Shown: positions 1 to 11,514 of the stretch, one piece after another | Position numbering within the stretch: the stretch's first letter is position 1 | How the letters are laid out: every line of letters starts with the position of its first letter | Assembly: GCA_009602725.1 (NCBI GenBank) | Contig: WELB01000024.1 | Span: forward strand, 382,120 to 446,119 | DNA length: 64,000 nucleotides | Source: Spirogloea muscicola | Lineage: Eukaryota | Direction of reading: 5' to 3' | Position numbers and translations under genes: made by a program | The notes under the pieces: generated by a model | What the model saw: the letters and a program-made list of their open reading frames with translations, nothing else | Database searches by the model: none | Told to the model about the DNA's origin: nothing

Positions 1-57
1 GGGGGCCGGCGCGGGGGCCGGGTCGGGAGGGGGCCTGCTCGCCGCCGCGGACCCCAT
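1..57 (-). CDS. Possible 5' end of a gene running off the left edge (MGSAAASRPPPDPAPAP...)
   Basis: Minus-strand ATG at 57-55 in gcccgccATGg context, downstream of (GCC)n tracts like other gene starts here. Only 19 codons visible. Confidence 0.3.
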   Translation of the reverse strand, partial: MGSAAASRPPPDPAPAPAP

Positions 58-184
58 GGCGGGCGCCGCCGGCGGCGGTGCCGGCGGCGGCCCGGGGTTT
101 AGGAGGGGCGGCGGCGGCGGCGGCGGCGCCCTCGACCTAACCTCAACCGCTGCTTGCAGCGTGCTCAGGATAGTGCCTTGCACC

Positions 185-480
185 AGAAAAGAAGAAAGAA
201 AGGGCTCGCCCATTGAGGATAGGGGCTGGACAAGCCAGCCCAAAAAAGAATGAACAAAGAACGAGAAGGGGGCCAGAAAGCTCGTCGAGCTCTAGTTGGT
301 GGCAGAAGGGCTCCGTTCCTGGCATCTAGTATTCGTGCATCGAGTAGTGACCTTTATGTTTTGACCCGTGGTTATTGAGCGGGTCAATCTGCTGTAGGTT
401 ATGTAGATCTTTAGATGTGCTTGCCTTTGTACCTGGCCATTTGGCCTACATTTGTTTCTTATACACGGCATTTCTCCTTT
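185..480. mobile_element. Two head-to-head 3' remnants of the RLE retroelement
   Basis: 185-276 (-) matches the 3'-UTR hairpin unit at 34600-34692. 273-~450 (+) encodes ...RALVGGRRAPFLASSIRASSSDLYVLTRGY* and matches the reverse complement of ~51905-52060. Confidence 0.75.
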
Positions 481-749
481 TTACTCAGCACAGCGAGTGG
501 CTAATAGGGCCGGAACAAAAACGTGGAATGTAACATCGTCCCACAGCTGCGCCCGCTTCACCCCGCCGCCGTCGCCGTTGCCGCCGCCGCCGCCGCCGCA
601 AGCTCCCCGCCAGGGAGCACCGGAGACGGTCTGCCGCGACCGCCGCGGCGGCGGGGGCGTCCTGGAAGGCTTCACCGCTTCCCTGCAGCCCCTCCACGCG
701 GGTGGACCAAGGTGCGGCTCCGTGCGGAGCTCGTCCTGGTGTCTTTAGC

Positions 750-2012
750 ATGTGGCTCAGCCGCCGTGGTGGCAGCAGCGGCGGCGTGAGCGGTGATGGC
801 CGCAGCGCTGGAGGAGGAGGAGGAGGAAGGGGTCATCACCGCAGCGGAGGCGGCGGCGGCGGCAGCCATGGTGACGGCTCACAGCGCGGGGCCAGGGAGG
901 AGCCAGGGAGGCAGCAGACGTCCAGGCCGCAGCCGTCGCCGCCGCCAGCGGCGCGACAGTCGTACTACAGGACCGAGCTGCCGCCACCGCCGCTGCGAGA
1001 CTTCTTCGGTGGTGAAGATCCGGAAGCGCCGCCACCGCCCCCGTGGGGGCAGCCGACATCACGGCCACCGCAGCTGGCGCCCCTTCCGGCCGCGCACCGC
1101 CCACTGCCGCCTCCACCGCCCTTCCCGCCACCGCAACCGGTCCAGAGGCGGGTGGTCCTCTCGACTCCTGACCGTGGACCCGACCTGAACGAGGACCCCG
1201 ACCCCGAGTTCGATGAGCCAGAGGTCGACGAGCTCGAGCACGAGGCGGCCGGGGTGGACGAGCGCCAGCAAGAGCGCCAGGTGAAAGCTCCCGCTGAGTC
1301 GCTGCCCGGCAACCGTGCGGCGTCTCCGTTGCCGTCGGTGACACTGGACGAGCGCTTCCGGAAGCTCGCGGCGTTGAGTGCCACGTTGAAGCCCCCGGAA
1401 GGCCCGGCCCGTCGTCAAGTATCGACTGCTACTACTCCATCCCGTCGAGTGAAGGATTCCGTACGGCAGGTGTCACCGCAGCAGGCGTCAACGATGGCTA
1501 GGAGAGGGGAGTCCATGGTACGCCAGAGCACCGCAAGAAAGGCCCACGTCAGCGCGTTCCGGAGGCTCACTGTCCCTGTGCAACCAAGAATCAGCGTCCA
1601 TGAGCGCCTAAGCTTCCCAATGCCTCCAACCACCCCTCAGCCCGTCACCACACAGGCCGTACCCGGCCTTCCTATGCTCCAGTTCTCTCCTGGAAGGGTT
1701 GGCTCCTGGCAAAACCCTCTTGAGTTGCCCATACCCACTGCAAAAAGCAACCCCAGCTTGGCGGCGGCATATGTCAAGGCGCACGCCGTGGCTGCTCGTA
1801 GTAATGGCGTGCACCAGGCCAAGGCGGGTGGCAGGCCCAAGGGGCAGGGTGGCGGCAGAGAGATGCAAGCGCTTGGAAGGGGCCGTGGCCAGACTCAGCT
1901 GCAGGCGAGGAGCATCACTACCAGGGCTGAAGAAAAAGGGGAGCCCTCATTCAGCAACCTTGACAAGGACCTGGAGGACTACATGGCAACACGGGGCTCC
2001 TCCATTGATTGA
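750..2012 (+). CDS. Pro/Gly/Arg-rich protein with CHTOP/FoP-like motifs (putative UAP56-binding mRNA export adaptor)
   Basis: Single long ORF, first in-frame ATG at 750. Internal SVTLDERFRKL resembles the CHTOP N-terminal motif. RG-rich segment. C-terminal LDKDLEDYM resembles the FoP_duplication/UBM motif. Confidence 0.55.
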   Translation: MWLSRRGGSSGGVSGDGRSAGGGGGGRGHHRSGGGGGGSHGDGSQRGAREEPGRQQTSRPQPSPPPAARQSYYRTELPPPPLRDFFGGEDPEAPPPPPWGQPTSRPPQLAPLPAAHRPLPPPPPFPPPQPVQRRVVLSTPDRGPDLNEDPDPEFDEPEVDELEHEAAGVDERQQERQVKAPAESLPGNRAASPLPSVTLDERFRKLAALSATLKPPEGPARRQVSTATTPSRRVKDSVRQVSPQQASTMARRGESMVRQSTARKAHVSAFRRLTVPVQPRISVHERLSFPMPPTTPQPVTTQAVPGLPMLQFSPGRVGSWQNPLELPIPTAKSNPSLAAAYVKAHAVAARSNGVHQAKAGGRPKGQGGGREMQALGRGRGQTQLQARSITTRAEEKGEPSFSNLDKDLEDYMATRGSSID

Positions 2013-2889
2013 GCCAGTGGATAACACTTGCTGGAGCTGCAGCAAGCCCTGATCAAGTCCTAGTAGGGTGGTTTTCTGTGACCATTTGGACTGAGCCAGC
2101 AAGTCAGGCTGCTTCCACCTTATTGGTCATTGGGCTGTTCTCTGTAGATCGCTGCATCACTGATTCATACATCATCATTGCATCTTCTACTGGCTGCCAT
2201 ACCCACGGTATCTAGAGGTGAGGAGGTTCTGCACCATTGTGGAAGCGAGAACATTGAGGCTTACTAGCACGCCAAGGTGCAAGCTTCACTGAGTTGAGTC
2301 TGCTCTGGTTAATGTTGTCCAAGAGCTTCACGCCTTGTCCTGGTCTCTTACTAAGATGATTTCACAGCCACAAGTGCTCCATCTCTTTTAAGGAAGCTGG
2401 AGTCACAGCCACAGGGACCTTGTGAGAGCTTTTGTAGATGATGTCATCTTGCAGATGGCTGAGTGTAATAGCCTTAAAAAGTCCAAGTAGCCCTTTTAGG
2501 GGTACAACTTGTTATGGTAGCAAGTAATACACACAATGCTCCGAGCTGCTATATTTTCATGGTTAATGTCTTTGCAGCTCGCTTTCATGCTTCTCTATGA
2601 GGTTGGTTTTGTCATCTCAGCTCCTCGCTCTGTTTTTGCAACTTGCTAGATTGGCAAAGTTTGACTTCAGTATACACGCAGATTGCAGGACTGGGCCAAC
2701 AACGTGCACAGGCAGTTTGTATTTTGTACAAGGATGGAGATTACGGACGGCAGATTCAACTCATCCATTGACGCGAATATAACAGCCTATTGATCTGGAG
2801 ATCCAGTTGTAGAGGGCTAGTTGTGTACAGCAGCATACAAGGCAGCATGCGGGCTATGTGTTGAGGGCAGCACAAAAGGGGCTTTCCAG

Positions 2890-3847
2890 TCATCGTGGGT
2901 GTCTCAAATGTCCGCCAAATTGCTCAAGAGTACGCGTCGCTAGTATAAGAACGTCCATGAATGCGCTGTACGCTGCTCTTAAAAGTCGGGCCTCTGTTGC
3001 TGCAAAGCCACTGCATCAAATAGATATTTCAGTCACTAGCAATGAAGGTGAATCCCGTAAAAAGACAACGACAAGGCAGACCTCACATGCATGAGGAGGA
3101 CAGGTTGCTGGGAGAAGGTGAGCACAGCAATGACGGCTTCCTGCCGGACGATAAGCACGTATGAAGCTCAGACGTGAATGGGATGTGGGGCTGACATTCA
3201 GTCATGTGCTTACACCCGCAGCTTTGGGCCATGAATGGACATCTCGCGAGAGACCTTGTCGGGTTGCAACTGGTGCGCAGCAGGCCAGGAGACAATGTCA
3301 GTGCTGCAATCGCCGGAGCTTGCCGTCCAGGATCGCTAGATTTCTGCTGGCAGCGCCCCTATGAAGGCATGATTCCTTGCTGTCACAGTGCAGATTCCAT
3401 CTGCGACTCCGGTGTTTTTCTAAAGCACCGAACGTCGATGGCAGTCGCTGAGTCTTGAGCACGCATTGGGGCTCGCATGACGAGGACTCAGAATCACGGC
3501 TCATTACGGGCCTACGTCACCTCGGCGTCCACGGCCAGGGCGTTGAAGACGATAGAAGCCCAATCATCGCAAGGGAATGTGACGTCGACGACGCTGCTCA
3601 GGCAATGCCAAAGCAGCGAGGCGGGGCCGCAAGATGCCTGGCATCAGCTGCTTGCAGTGTAGCTCCTTCCGAGCAGCAGAAGTGTCGCCACAGGTAGAGC
3701 AGCAAGCCAGGTCAAGGCCTGCCAGGCCAAGGCCTGGCTTGCTGCTGCAGCAAGAGCCTACCAAGTGCAGTCCTTGCCGACGGCAGCAGAGCTCGTCGGT
3801 CCGAGCCCCGCAGGGGAGGCCGGTGGCGGCGGCGCCGGGGCCGACAT
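2890..3847 (-). CDS. PCC1: EKC/KEOPS complex subunit PCC1/LAGE3
   Basis: Exons 3847-3762, ~3593-3521, 3269-3214 and 3010-2890, all GT-AG. Spliced peptide ...VVDVTFPCDDWASIVFNALAVDAE-LQPDKVSREMSIHGPKLRV-GFAATEARLLRAAYSAFMDVLILATRTLEQFGG... matches the Pcc1 pattern. Start context gccaccATG. Confidence 0.88.
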
Positions 3848-3863
3848 GGTGGCCACCAGCCGC

Positions 3864-3899
<36 letters not shown>

Positions 3900-4263
3900 G
3901 GCGCGCGGGGAGGGGTCCAGAACACCTGCGGCCTATGGAGACGGGTTTCAGGCGTTGAAAGTGTCGGGGCTCAGTAATCTGCCACCGGCTTCTCCAACAA
4001 CGGGCTACCGGGATTGACACGCCATGCCATGTTTTGGCGCCTTTCGGCGCCTTCATCCGGCGCCCTTTGGACCTTGTTCATGCTTTCTGGGCTGGCCAAA
4101 TGACAGCCCCCTCCCCCTTTTGGAATAGCCTCTCCCAGCCACCAGTTAATCTGGCCGCGCTTGCTCTTTTGGAATAGCTCACTTGTTACGTCAGGAGCCA
4201 GGTTGAGGTTAAATGGGACGGCTGGCCGACTCTTCATAACTAAATAGAGTGAAGGGCTTTCCN

Positions 4264-4810
4264 GGCGTGACGAGCAAGTTGGTGGAGCAGTTCGAGCCAC
4301 CGAGCACCCAACGCCCCATGGGTGTCGATAGCCAGAGGGAAGAACGCGTCGGCTGGCGGATGGTCGGCGTACTTGGTCACCTTTGCGCGAGCGGCGCCTT
4401 CGACCGCATACCCAGCCTGGGTGGCACACTGGACTGGGTGGGAGCGGTCGAAGGCGTCGGTGGTCACCACGTCCAGGAGAAGACGTGGCCCGCCGGCCTG
4501 TGGGGTGGCCACCAGGTCGACTCGCCGGCCGTGGACACCGTCGGCCCTCTCCTGTAGCGGCATGACGCCGGAGTGCTCCGCAGCCACCGAGAAGCCCGCC
4601 TCCGCCAGGATGCCATGCATGGCATCGCGGAGGCGGTCGTGGGCCGCCGTCCGCTCGCCGCCGTGAGCGCAGCGCAGGACGTGGGCGGCTAGCTCCCCAG
4701 ACTCGGCCCCTCGCTCGCCGCATGCACATTGTCGCACGCCCTGGAGACAAGGAGGCGGCAAGCCCAGGAGCCTGTGGACTGCAGTACGGAAGACCTCATC
4801 GGGAAGCGTG
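4264..4810 (-). mobile_element. Non-LTR retrotransposon fragment: CCHC knuckle plus restriction-like endonuclease (CRE/R2-type C-terminus)
   Basis: Reads LPDEVFRTAVHRLLGLP, CACG...HVLRC, HDRLRD, RRVDLV, LLLDVV, AKVTKY, FFPLAIDTHGALG, the PD-(D/E)xK RLE motif order. Truncated at the single N (4263). Confidence 0.82.
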
Positions 4811-4849
4811 AGGGCGTCGGTGAGGGGGGGTTCCGGCGCCCTCCCTCAG

Positions 4850-5260
4850 ACTTTGTCCATTCTTTTGGGCTGGCCTTTCCCAGCCACCAGTCAATCTGGC
4901 CGCGCTTCCTCTTTTGACCTCGTTCATGCTCGCTGGGCTGGCCATTCACAGCCTCCGCCCCCTTCTGAAGAACGTGCTCGCCCATTGAGAAGAGGGGCTG
5001 GCAAAGCCAACCCAAAAAGAATGGACAATGTTCAAAGCCAAAGAAAGAGGTGCTGAAAAAGGACTACACTACAAAGTGCAAGATGGTGCAGAGGGAGATG
5101 CAGATGGCTGCTCAGTATCCACGTTCTGAAGAGCTCACATCTTAAGCCAGGTTGAGGGCCGAAGGGCCTCAACCTGGCCGGCTGGCCGACTCTACACAGA
5201 GTGGAAGGGTTTTCCAGAAAGGAAGCGCGGCCAGATTGACTGGTGGCTGGGAAAGGCAGA
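4850..5260. mobile_element. Cluster of short retroelement 3'-end remnants in both orientations
   Basis: Hairpin units at 4850-4915 (+), 4920-4972 (+), 4974-5124 (-, near-identical to 54748-54899) and 5218-5257 (-). Further copies at 4075-4170. Confidence 0.75.
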
Positions 5261-5492
5261 GACATGGCCCCCGACTAGCTCCGTCTTTCAAGGCCGCCAG
5301 AACCATCCTACTCCTCTCAAAACCTCCGCCCGAAAGGCCGCCTGCCGCCGCCGCCAGCAAGGAGGCGGCCAGCGCCGCCGCGACTCGCGGCGCGAGAGGC
5401 GGAGCCGGCGCTCCGGCCCTCGGCTGCTGCCGCCGTCTCCCGCCGTCCGCCTGCCGGGCGCTGGCTCGCGGGAGCTGCTCTGCAGGGCCTTG

Positions 5493-8359
5493 ATGAGAGA
5501 GCTCCGGAGCCGCGGCAGGCGGCCGCCCGTCTCGGGCCCTCGTGGGGCGCCGCCAGACGGCGGCCCTCGGGGGTATCACCGTCGCCAGGGCCACCTTGGA
5601 GAGGCCTGTGCCGACGACGCTCGCCATCCGTCAAGCCGTGGCACAGGGTCTGGCAGAGCGGGCGCTGCGCCAGCTGCTGGCGCATGGGGCGCCCCGGCAA
5701 GGAAGAAGCTGCTTGTCCTGGACGTCAATGGTCTTCTCGTTGACGCGGTCTACAAGCATACACACGCTTCTCGGCAGCCAGACGCGGTCATTGGGAACTT
5801 CCTGGGTATGCTGCTGCCGCCCTTGGGCAGCCCCGGCAGCAGGTGCAACGGTGGAGAGAGTCTCATGATTGCTTGGAACGGACTGCTACGACGCGACTTA
5901 CCACCGCTATGCTGGCGAGTGAAGATGTTGAGATAGCCATCCCGCTGCCTTGTCGCAGTGTATGAGCGGCCGTTTTGCCGGGAATTCCTGCGCTTCTGCC
6001 TCAGACACTTTGTTGTTGGCATCTGGTCCTCCGCAAGAATGTACGTATACCAGTAGGTTGTGCATGTAACAATCAGGTGAAGCTTGCACTTAGAAAGAGA
6101 AGCACTGCTTTGATATTTCCTAAGCAAATGAAGATAGCACAACACCAGTAGAGACTGAGCCTGTTGCGAGAAGTCCTTGGTCGCCAGCTCAGTGATGAAA
6201 TACTATAAGGAGAGGTGTTAGAACATTTTAGCTATTCTCATGACCTTCCGTTAGAAGACGGATCAGCCTTGCCTTGATGGTCAGGCAATAGCTGATTGCA
6301 TATGCAGGCACAATGTTACTGGCCTCATTAATCATGTCTTTGGGGATCTGCTGGAGCAGCTGGCTTTTATCTGGGTAATCTCTGTTACCATAACATAAAT
6401 GCTAAATGTCTTCAAGGAGTGCTTTAGGTATGCAGTTCTCTACTGGTAGTTGACATGACCGCCTGCAAACTTCTTTTCAGACCAAAGTTATTCCTGCCAC
6501 ACATGACAGCATACAATGGATGCTTCAGCAACATATATCGTTTTGCACATAATCCCAGTTTTAGCAATTGTCTTGAACATGTTGTAACAGGATCAGGTGC
6601 AGTGCACAAAGACACGCTTGGTGCACCCTAACAACAAGAACAAGCCCATCTTCCTCAAGGAGCTGTCTCGACTATGGGGATGCGCTGGTCCGAACTTGCC
6701 TTGGCGTATTGGTGACCACGGCCCAGCGGACACCCTTCTCATGGATGATTCACCATACAAGGCAATCTGGAATCCGGTAGAGGAATTCATTACTATGACC
6801 TGAGTCTTTGTCCTGAAGTCATCTGTGTCCTTGCTTGATTCCCATATCTGCACTAGCCTATACAAGATTGACTCCAAAGTGCCAAGTCCAGTTGCAAAAG
6901 TGTATGCTACTCTGACAGTCGTCTTTGGCTGCACCAATGGTAGCCCTACACAGCCATATTTCCAGCCTCATACATTGGGCACATGGACCATGACAGAGAA
7001 CTTGGTATAGATCCTCGTCACTGCTGCATTTTCATGCTTCACAGACTGCACAGATGGCTCTGTAGATTTTAGCAACCCAAAATCTTATCTGCAAGTTCTC
7101 TGACTGGTGAGTCTTATTTGTGGCAGGCCCTGGAGGTGCCATCCGATCGTATTTGGAGAGATTAACGCATGCCTCGAGTGTGCAAAAATTCGTACAAGCT
7201 CATCCAATTGGTGAAAGTGCTCTCTCTGTAGGGCATCCCAGCTGGAATTACTTCAAATGTCTGCTTGACGAACGGGAGCAAGATACTGCAGCTCGCATGC
7301 AATCTGTGAGGGGTATCCACGCCACACGGGTAAATCTGCCAACAGCCATTTCTGAGGAAGCAGTTCGGTGTGCTGAGGGCAGCTATGACTTTTCACAAAG
7401 AAGACTCAGGCTACCAGCCAGCAATTCTAGTAGCAGCTACCGCTTGTATACAGAACAGCACAGAGGGGACAAGGTGGATGGCAGTTCCCTTGGTAGCTCC
7501 TACCAACATCAGGCAAGAACTTCCACAGGCAGGGAAGAAGTTAGACATTCTAGCTTGCGCTATGGTGATCTGATGCCAAGAAGCTCCTCCCAAATACAGG
7601 ACGAAGAAGACAGGCTGCACTCTCCATATTCCTCAAGTCTTGGAGCTGGTCTGTGCTCACAGCTGTCACTGGCCGGCAACGATATTAGAACACGGCTAGT
7701 ACAGCATGTACAGTCTGCTCAAGATAGATCGCGGCAGGAGGGCAAGGTGTCTGTAAGTTGTGACCAGTATCTGGACCAGTCATCTGGTAGATCTGGTAGG
7801 AGTACAGATTGGCAGGACATTCGTCCAAGCTACAGTGAGGACCCTGTGAATGCGCAAGCTTCACTTGGAAATTGCAGTGTGAGTGGTGATGTCAACAGTC
7901 CTAGCCGGTACAGTTATGCTGATAGCTATGGATGGAGCACTGCACAAGCATCACAAGAAGATTGCAAAACTCGTGAACCCAGCCAGTACTTTTATGCCAA
8001 TGCTTATGGATGGAGCAATCAACAGGAGGTACATAGTATCCTCTTCATTGTCTCTGATGATGGCCACTAGCGGCTTACATAGTCTTGGATTGCAAATACG
8101 TAGTCTCCTCCAAGTGTTAACAGGCATGCTGCAGGGTGCGTTAAGACAACCTTGGCTTGATCAAGCTTGCCTTCTCGCACATGCACCTTGCCTCTTCTGT
8201 TGCCTTTGCTGCCCCTTTGACAAGCATGATGTGCATAAGTGACTGTTTGATGTTGTGCAGGCTAGTAGCCTAAGTGGTGCAAGAGCCCAAGGAGATTGGC
8301 GCCAATTTGGGGCTGCTAGTCGTCGTCTCTCATCAGGTGAAAGACTCGTGTACCAGTAG
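5493..8359 (+). CDS. FCP1/NIF-homology HAD-superfamily phosphatase-like protein with Ser-rich C-terminal tail
   Basis: Exons ~5493-5805 (KKLLVLDVNGLLVD), 5959-6040 (YERPFCREFLRFC...VGIWSSA), 6308-6374, 6591-6776 (KPIFLKELSRLW...TLLMDDSPYKA), 6944-~7004, 7127-~8028, and a probable last exon 8261-8359. If the last intron is not spliced the stop is at 8070. Confidence 0.8.
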
Positions 8360-9529
8360 ACCAAGTTGTACTCATTCCAGTCATAGTAATGACCGATTCG
8401 AAGGTAGTTGGTCACTTATCTCCAAATGGAAAGTGGCAGGTGCAGAATGTAGCCTGTGCTGTAAATATTTGACGAGCATCATTTACTTTCTCCTTTTAGT
8501 GCTTCATAACATGTAAAATTTTAAGGACACTGCATTCCGCACGCGTTGCATCAAATACTGCTTCAGTTACAAATGCTGAAAGCGGTTTATCAGGATGTTC
8601 CTTTGAGCTTCAAAGTCTGCACGTGGATAATTCATATATATGTGCTGCCTGTTGTGCTTACTAGCTGCTAAATGGAAGGGAATCTGCTATGTTCTCACTG
8701 GCTCGGCTGTTGTTCAGAGTTATATACCTGCAAGGCAAGTCCAATATTTAATGTTACTTAAGTACCACGTGGTGTGATCACATGATACTGTGTAACAAAG
8801 CGAGCTGGGTCAACCTTCAGCATAGACTGCTTCATAGCTTATCTTGCCTGCGCATATCATGCAGTGCTCGTCCTCAGTGTGCAGGAGTTGTATTGAAGCA
8901 TAAGCTCTAGTTGGTGCATGTGAGAAGATGGCATCTTCTGCATCTTAATTAACATATTTGCGGTCCCAAGGTTGAGGCAAGGGAGAGTAGCTGCTCAGGG
9001 GAGGATAAGGCTGTCTTGAAAGGAACACCAAATTAAACTCATAGTCCAGTGGCTTAGCAGCCAGCGCAAGATGATGTAGCAGAGGCTGAGGCGCAAAAGA
9101 GGGCTGCTGCAAAGGGCGTGGGCTCAGAAGGCCGGTTGAGTTGCCACACACGGACATGAGCTGGGGGCTACTTGAGGAAATCCATGCTTTGGTTGAGTGA
9201 CAAGGAACAGTGTCCATGACTCGAGATCCACAAGCACAGAAGTAGGATGCAACGGGTTAGGACCTGGTCACAGCAAAAGCAAGGCGAGTTATACTTTTGT
9301 TCCGTCAATTAGCAGTGGCCTTCTCTGCCAGGTGCATCGAGAAAAGATAGTCGACTTTGACAGGGCCTGCTCACAAGGACAATTAGGCTTCAGAGCAGGT
9401 CACTGGTCATTGGTCATATAGCCAGCCCGCGAAGAGTTGACAAGGTCCAATGGCTGTGGGAAGGAAGTGGCTCTCTCAGTGAGGGCAAGGGCTGTGATAA
9501 GCCGGCCCGAACAAAGATTTGACAATCGT

Positions 9530-9735
9530 GAGAGGCCAGCCCAAAGGAGTGGAACACGGTCTGCAAGGGCCGGAATTTGAAGCCAGAGATGGGAGAAGGG
9601 GCGCGGTGCCCATGAATTGAAGGGAGGCCGAGTCAAGCCAGTACGCTGTTGTGGTGAGGAAGAAGAAAGAGGAAATCGAGGAGGGAAAGGCGCGCGGTGC
9701 GCATGAGCTGACAGGAGAAGCCTAGCCGAGCCAAG
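9530..9735 (-). mobile_element. Three short retroelement 3'-end remnants
   Basis: Reverse complements of the GGGCTGGCC hairpin unit (~9533-9556) and of the GGCC...CATG(C/G)GCACCGCGC(G/C)CCTT unit (~9590-9644 and ~9683-9735). Confidence 0.6.
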
Positions 9736-10231
9736 TCACTGTTTGTGCAACAGGGCCTGCAGAAGGCAGCTTGCAGCGCAGTCAGTTCCACCTCGAATGA
9801 GGCGCCTTGGCAGTCCGCCGAGGCGGCGGCGACGGCGGCGGCGGCGACTGCTGCTGCGAAGTACTCGCCGGCGCTCGCCGGCAGCCTCCGCCACGACTCC
9901 CAGCGGCATCTGCGGCAGTGCCGGCGGTCGACTCACCCGCGACACTGCGTACCGACGCCGTTCTCTGGCCGGTCGGGTCGAGCTGGCGCAAGGTTGGGAT
10001 GGGCGGCGGCTCACCTGGGCGCAGCTACGAACCTGGAGGCTTCAAAACGGCCCCAGAAGTGCAGAAGTAGCCTCAACTCGCCCATCGGGCAAAACCTCCA
10101 GACGGCTGCAGTGAACATCGTGATATTAGTGGACGTGGTCTGACAAGGCCTGCCGCGACGAAGCCGCCAAGCCCGAGCAAGGCCCATGCAGCGCTGGGCA
10201 TGGGTCTGCAACTGCCACCAAGAATGGTCCG

Positions 10232-11514
10232 ACGCAGAAGAAGCTGCTCATGCTTCCTGCCATAGGCCTGCTCATCAAGGTGGTCTCCAAGGTGGAGCGC
10301 TGGGAGTGTCCCCGGGAGCTGGACGCCGTCGTTGGGAGCTTCTTGGGCATGTCCCTCTGCTATGCTCATCCAACTTGTATCTGGAACTTGAGCTGGATAT
10401 CATAAACACTTGCTATCTTCAGGAGCGCTGAGCTGGCCAGCGAGGGCAGCAATTACAGGTGCTGACACCAATACATTGTTGCACCGCTGCAGTGCCCGAG
10501 AGGCCATACTTTACTAGAATGAGTTTCTGCAATGCTGCCCTGAGCACTTTGTTGACGGCGTGTGGTCCAGCCCAAGTAGGTATGCACGTCATTCCTCTGA
10601 TAGATGCTACACAACAACGTCACTAAGATATTGAGCACGCACACAAAGCAGCGTTGCCATCCCTTCTCTCAAGCAGTCAATACTTTGCTAGCTAGGTCTA
10701 GAAATTTACATGAAGACTTGATTTCTTGGCATGTACGTGCTGTCACTAGTAACAGCTGTTGCACAATCTTTGGTTGCCTGATCTTGGCCAAGCCTAGGAG
10801 AATCCCTAAAACTCAACATACTTGCCACGAACATACTTCATCTGCATATGCAGGAACAACACTGCAGGCCTGGTTGACCATGCCTTTGGAGATCTTCAAG
10901 GTCAGCTAGCATGAATGGGGTGATCCTCGTCCTCTGAAGCACCCTGCAGCTTTTATGCTGAGCAATATTCCTTGGAGCTGCTAAATAGGTGAGACCTGAG
11001 TTGAGGTGTTGTCATGTGATAGTATATATGCTTACGTGTGATGCTTATAAGAGACTCGTACTTCTGTGGTCATCTGCTTCTTGTGCCCAATTAAGCCGGC
11101 TCAGGGTAGGTGACCTAAAGGTCTCCCAAGACCTTGCGGCGACTATGCGGCACAAAGAGGGACCGCGAGGGCTGTCTGCCTGTTGCTGTGGCTTGCGCCC
11201 ATTAAGCATCGGGCCTGGGCTTCTCGAACATGTCCATTAGAGTCCATTACAAGAATCTGGAAAGACGATTCTAAGCTTGCCTACTTCACTTGGTCGTGCA
11301 CAACCTTTTCAGCTTGATGTCTGCTGGAGATGCAATGTAACAGGACCAGAAGCAGTGCACAAAGACAAGGTTGGTGCACCCAAATGTAACACTCAAGCCC
11401 GTCGAATTCAAGGAGCTCACCCAATTGTGGACCTGCCAAGGTCCCGACCTGCCCTGGCAAAGTGGACCAGCGGACACACTCCTCATAGATGACGAGCCCC
11501 ACAAGGCAATCTGA
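10232..11514 (+). pseudogene. Unprocessed tandem pseudogene of the FCP1/NIF-like phosphatase
   Basis: Homologues of exons 1-4 in order with introns: KKLLMLPAIGLL...DAVVGSFL (~10232-10345), ERPY...EFLQCCPEHFVDGVWSS (~10493-10579), NNTAGLVDHAFGDLQGQLA* (~10854-10913), DQKQCTKTRLVHPN...LLIDDEPHKAI* (11344-11514). Catalytic Asp lost and premature stops. Confidence 0.75.

Noticed and set aside
4850..5260. Recurring hairpin repeats as a CRISPR array or bacterial REP/terminator elements
   Set aside because: Irregular spacing, mixed orientation, eukaryotic context, no cas genes, and consistent linkage to RLE ORF ends.
8945..9530. Possible degenerate internal (post-RT) retroelement segment on the minus strand
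   Set aside because: Only faint motif resemblance with frameshifts. It cannot be supported without a profile search.
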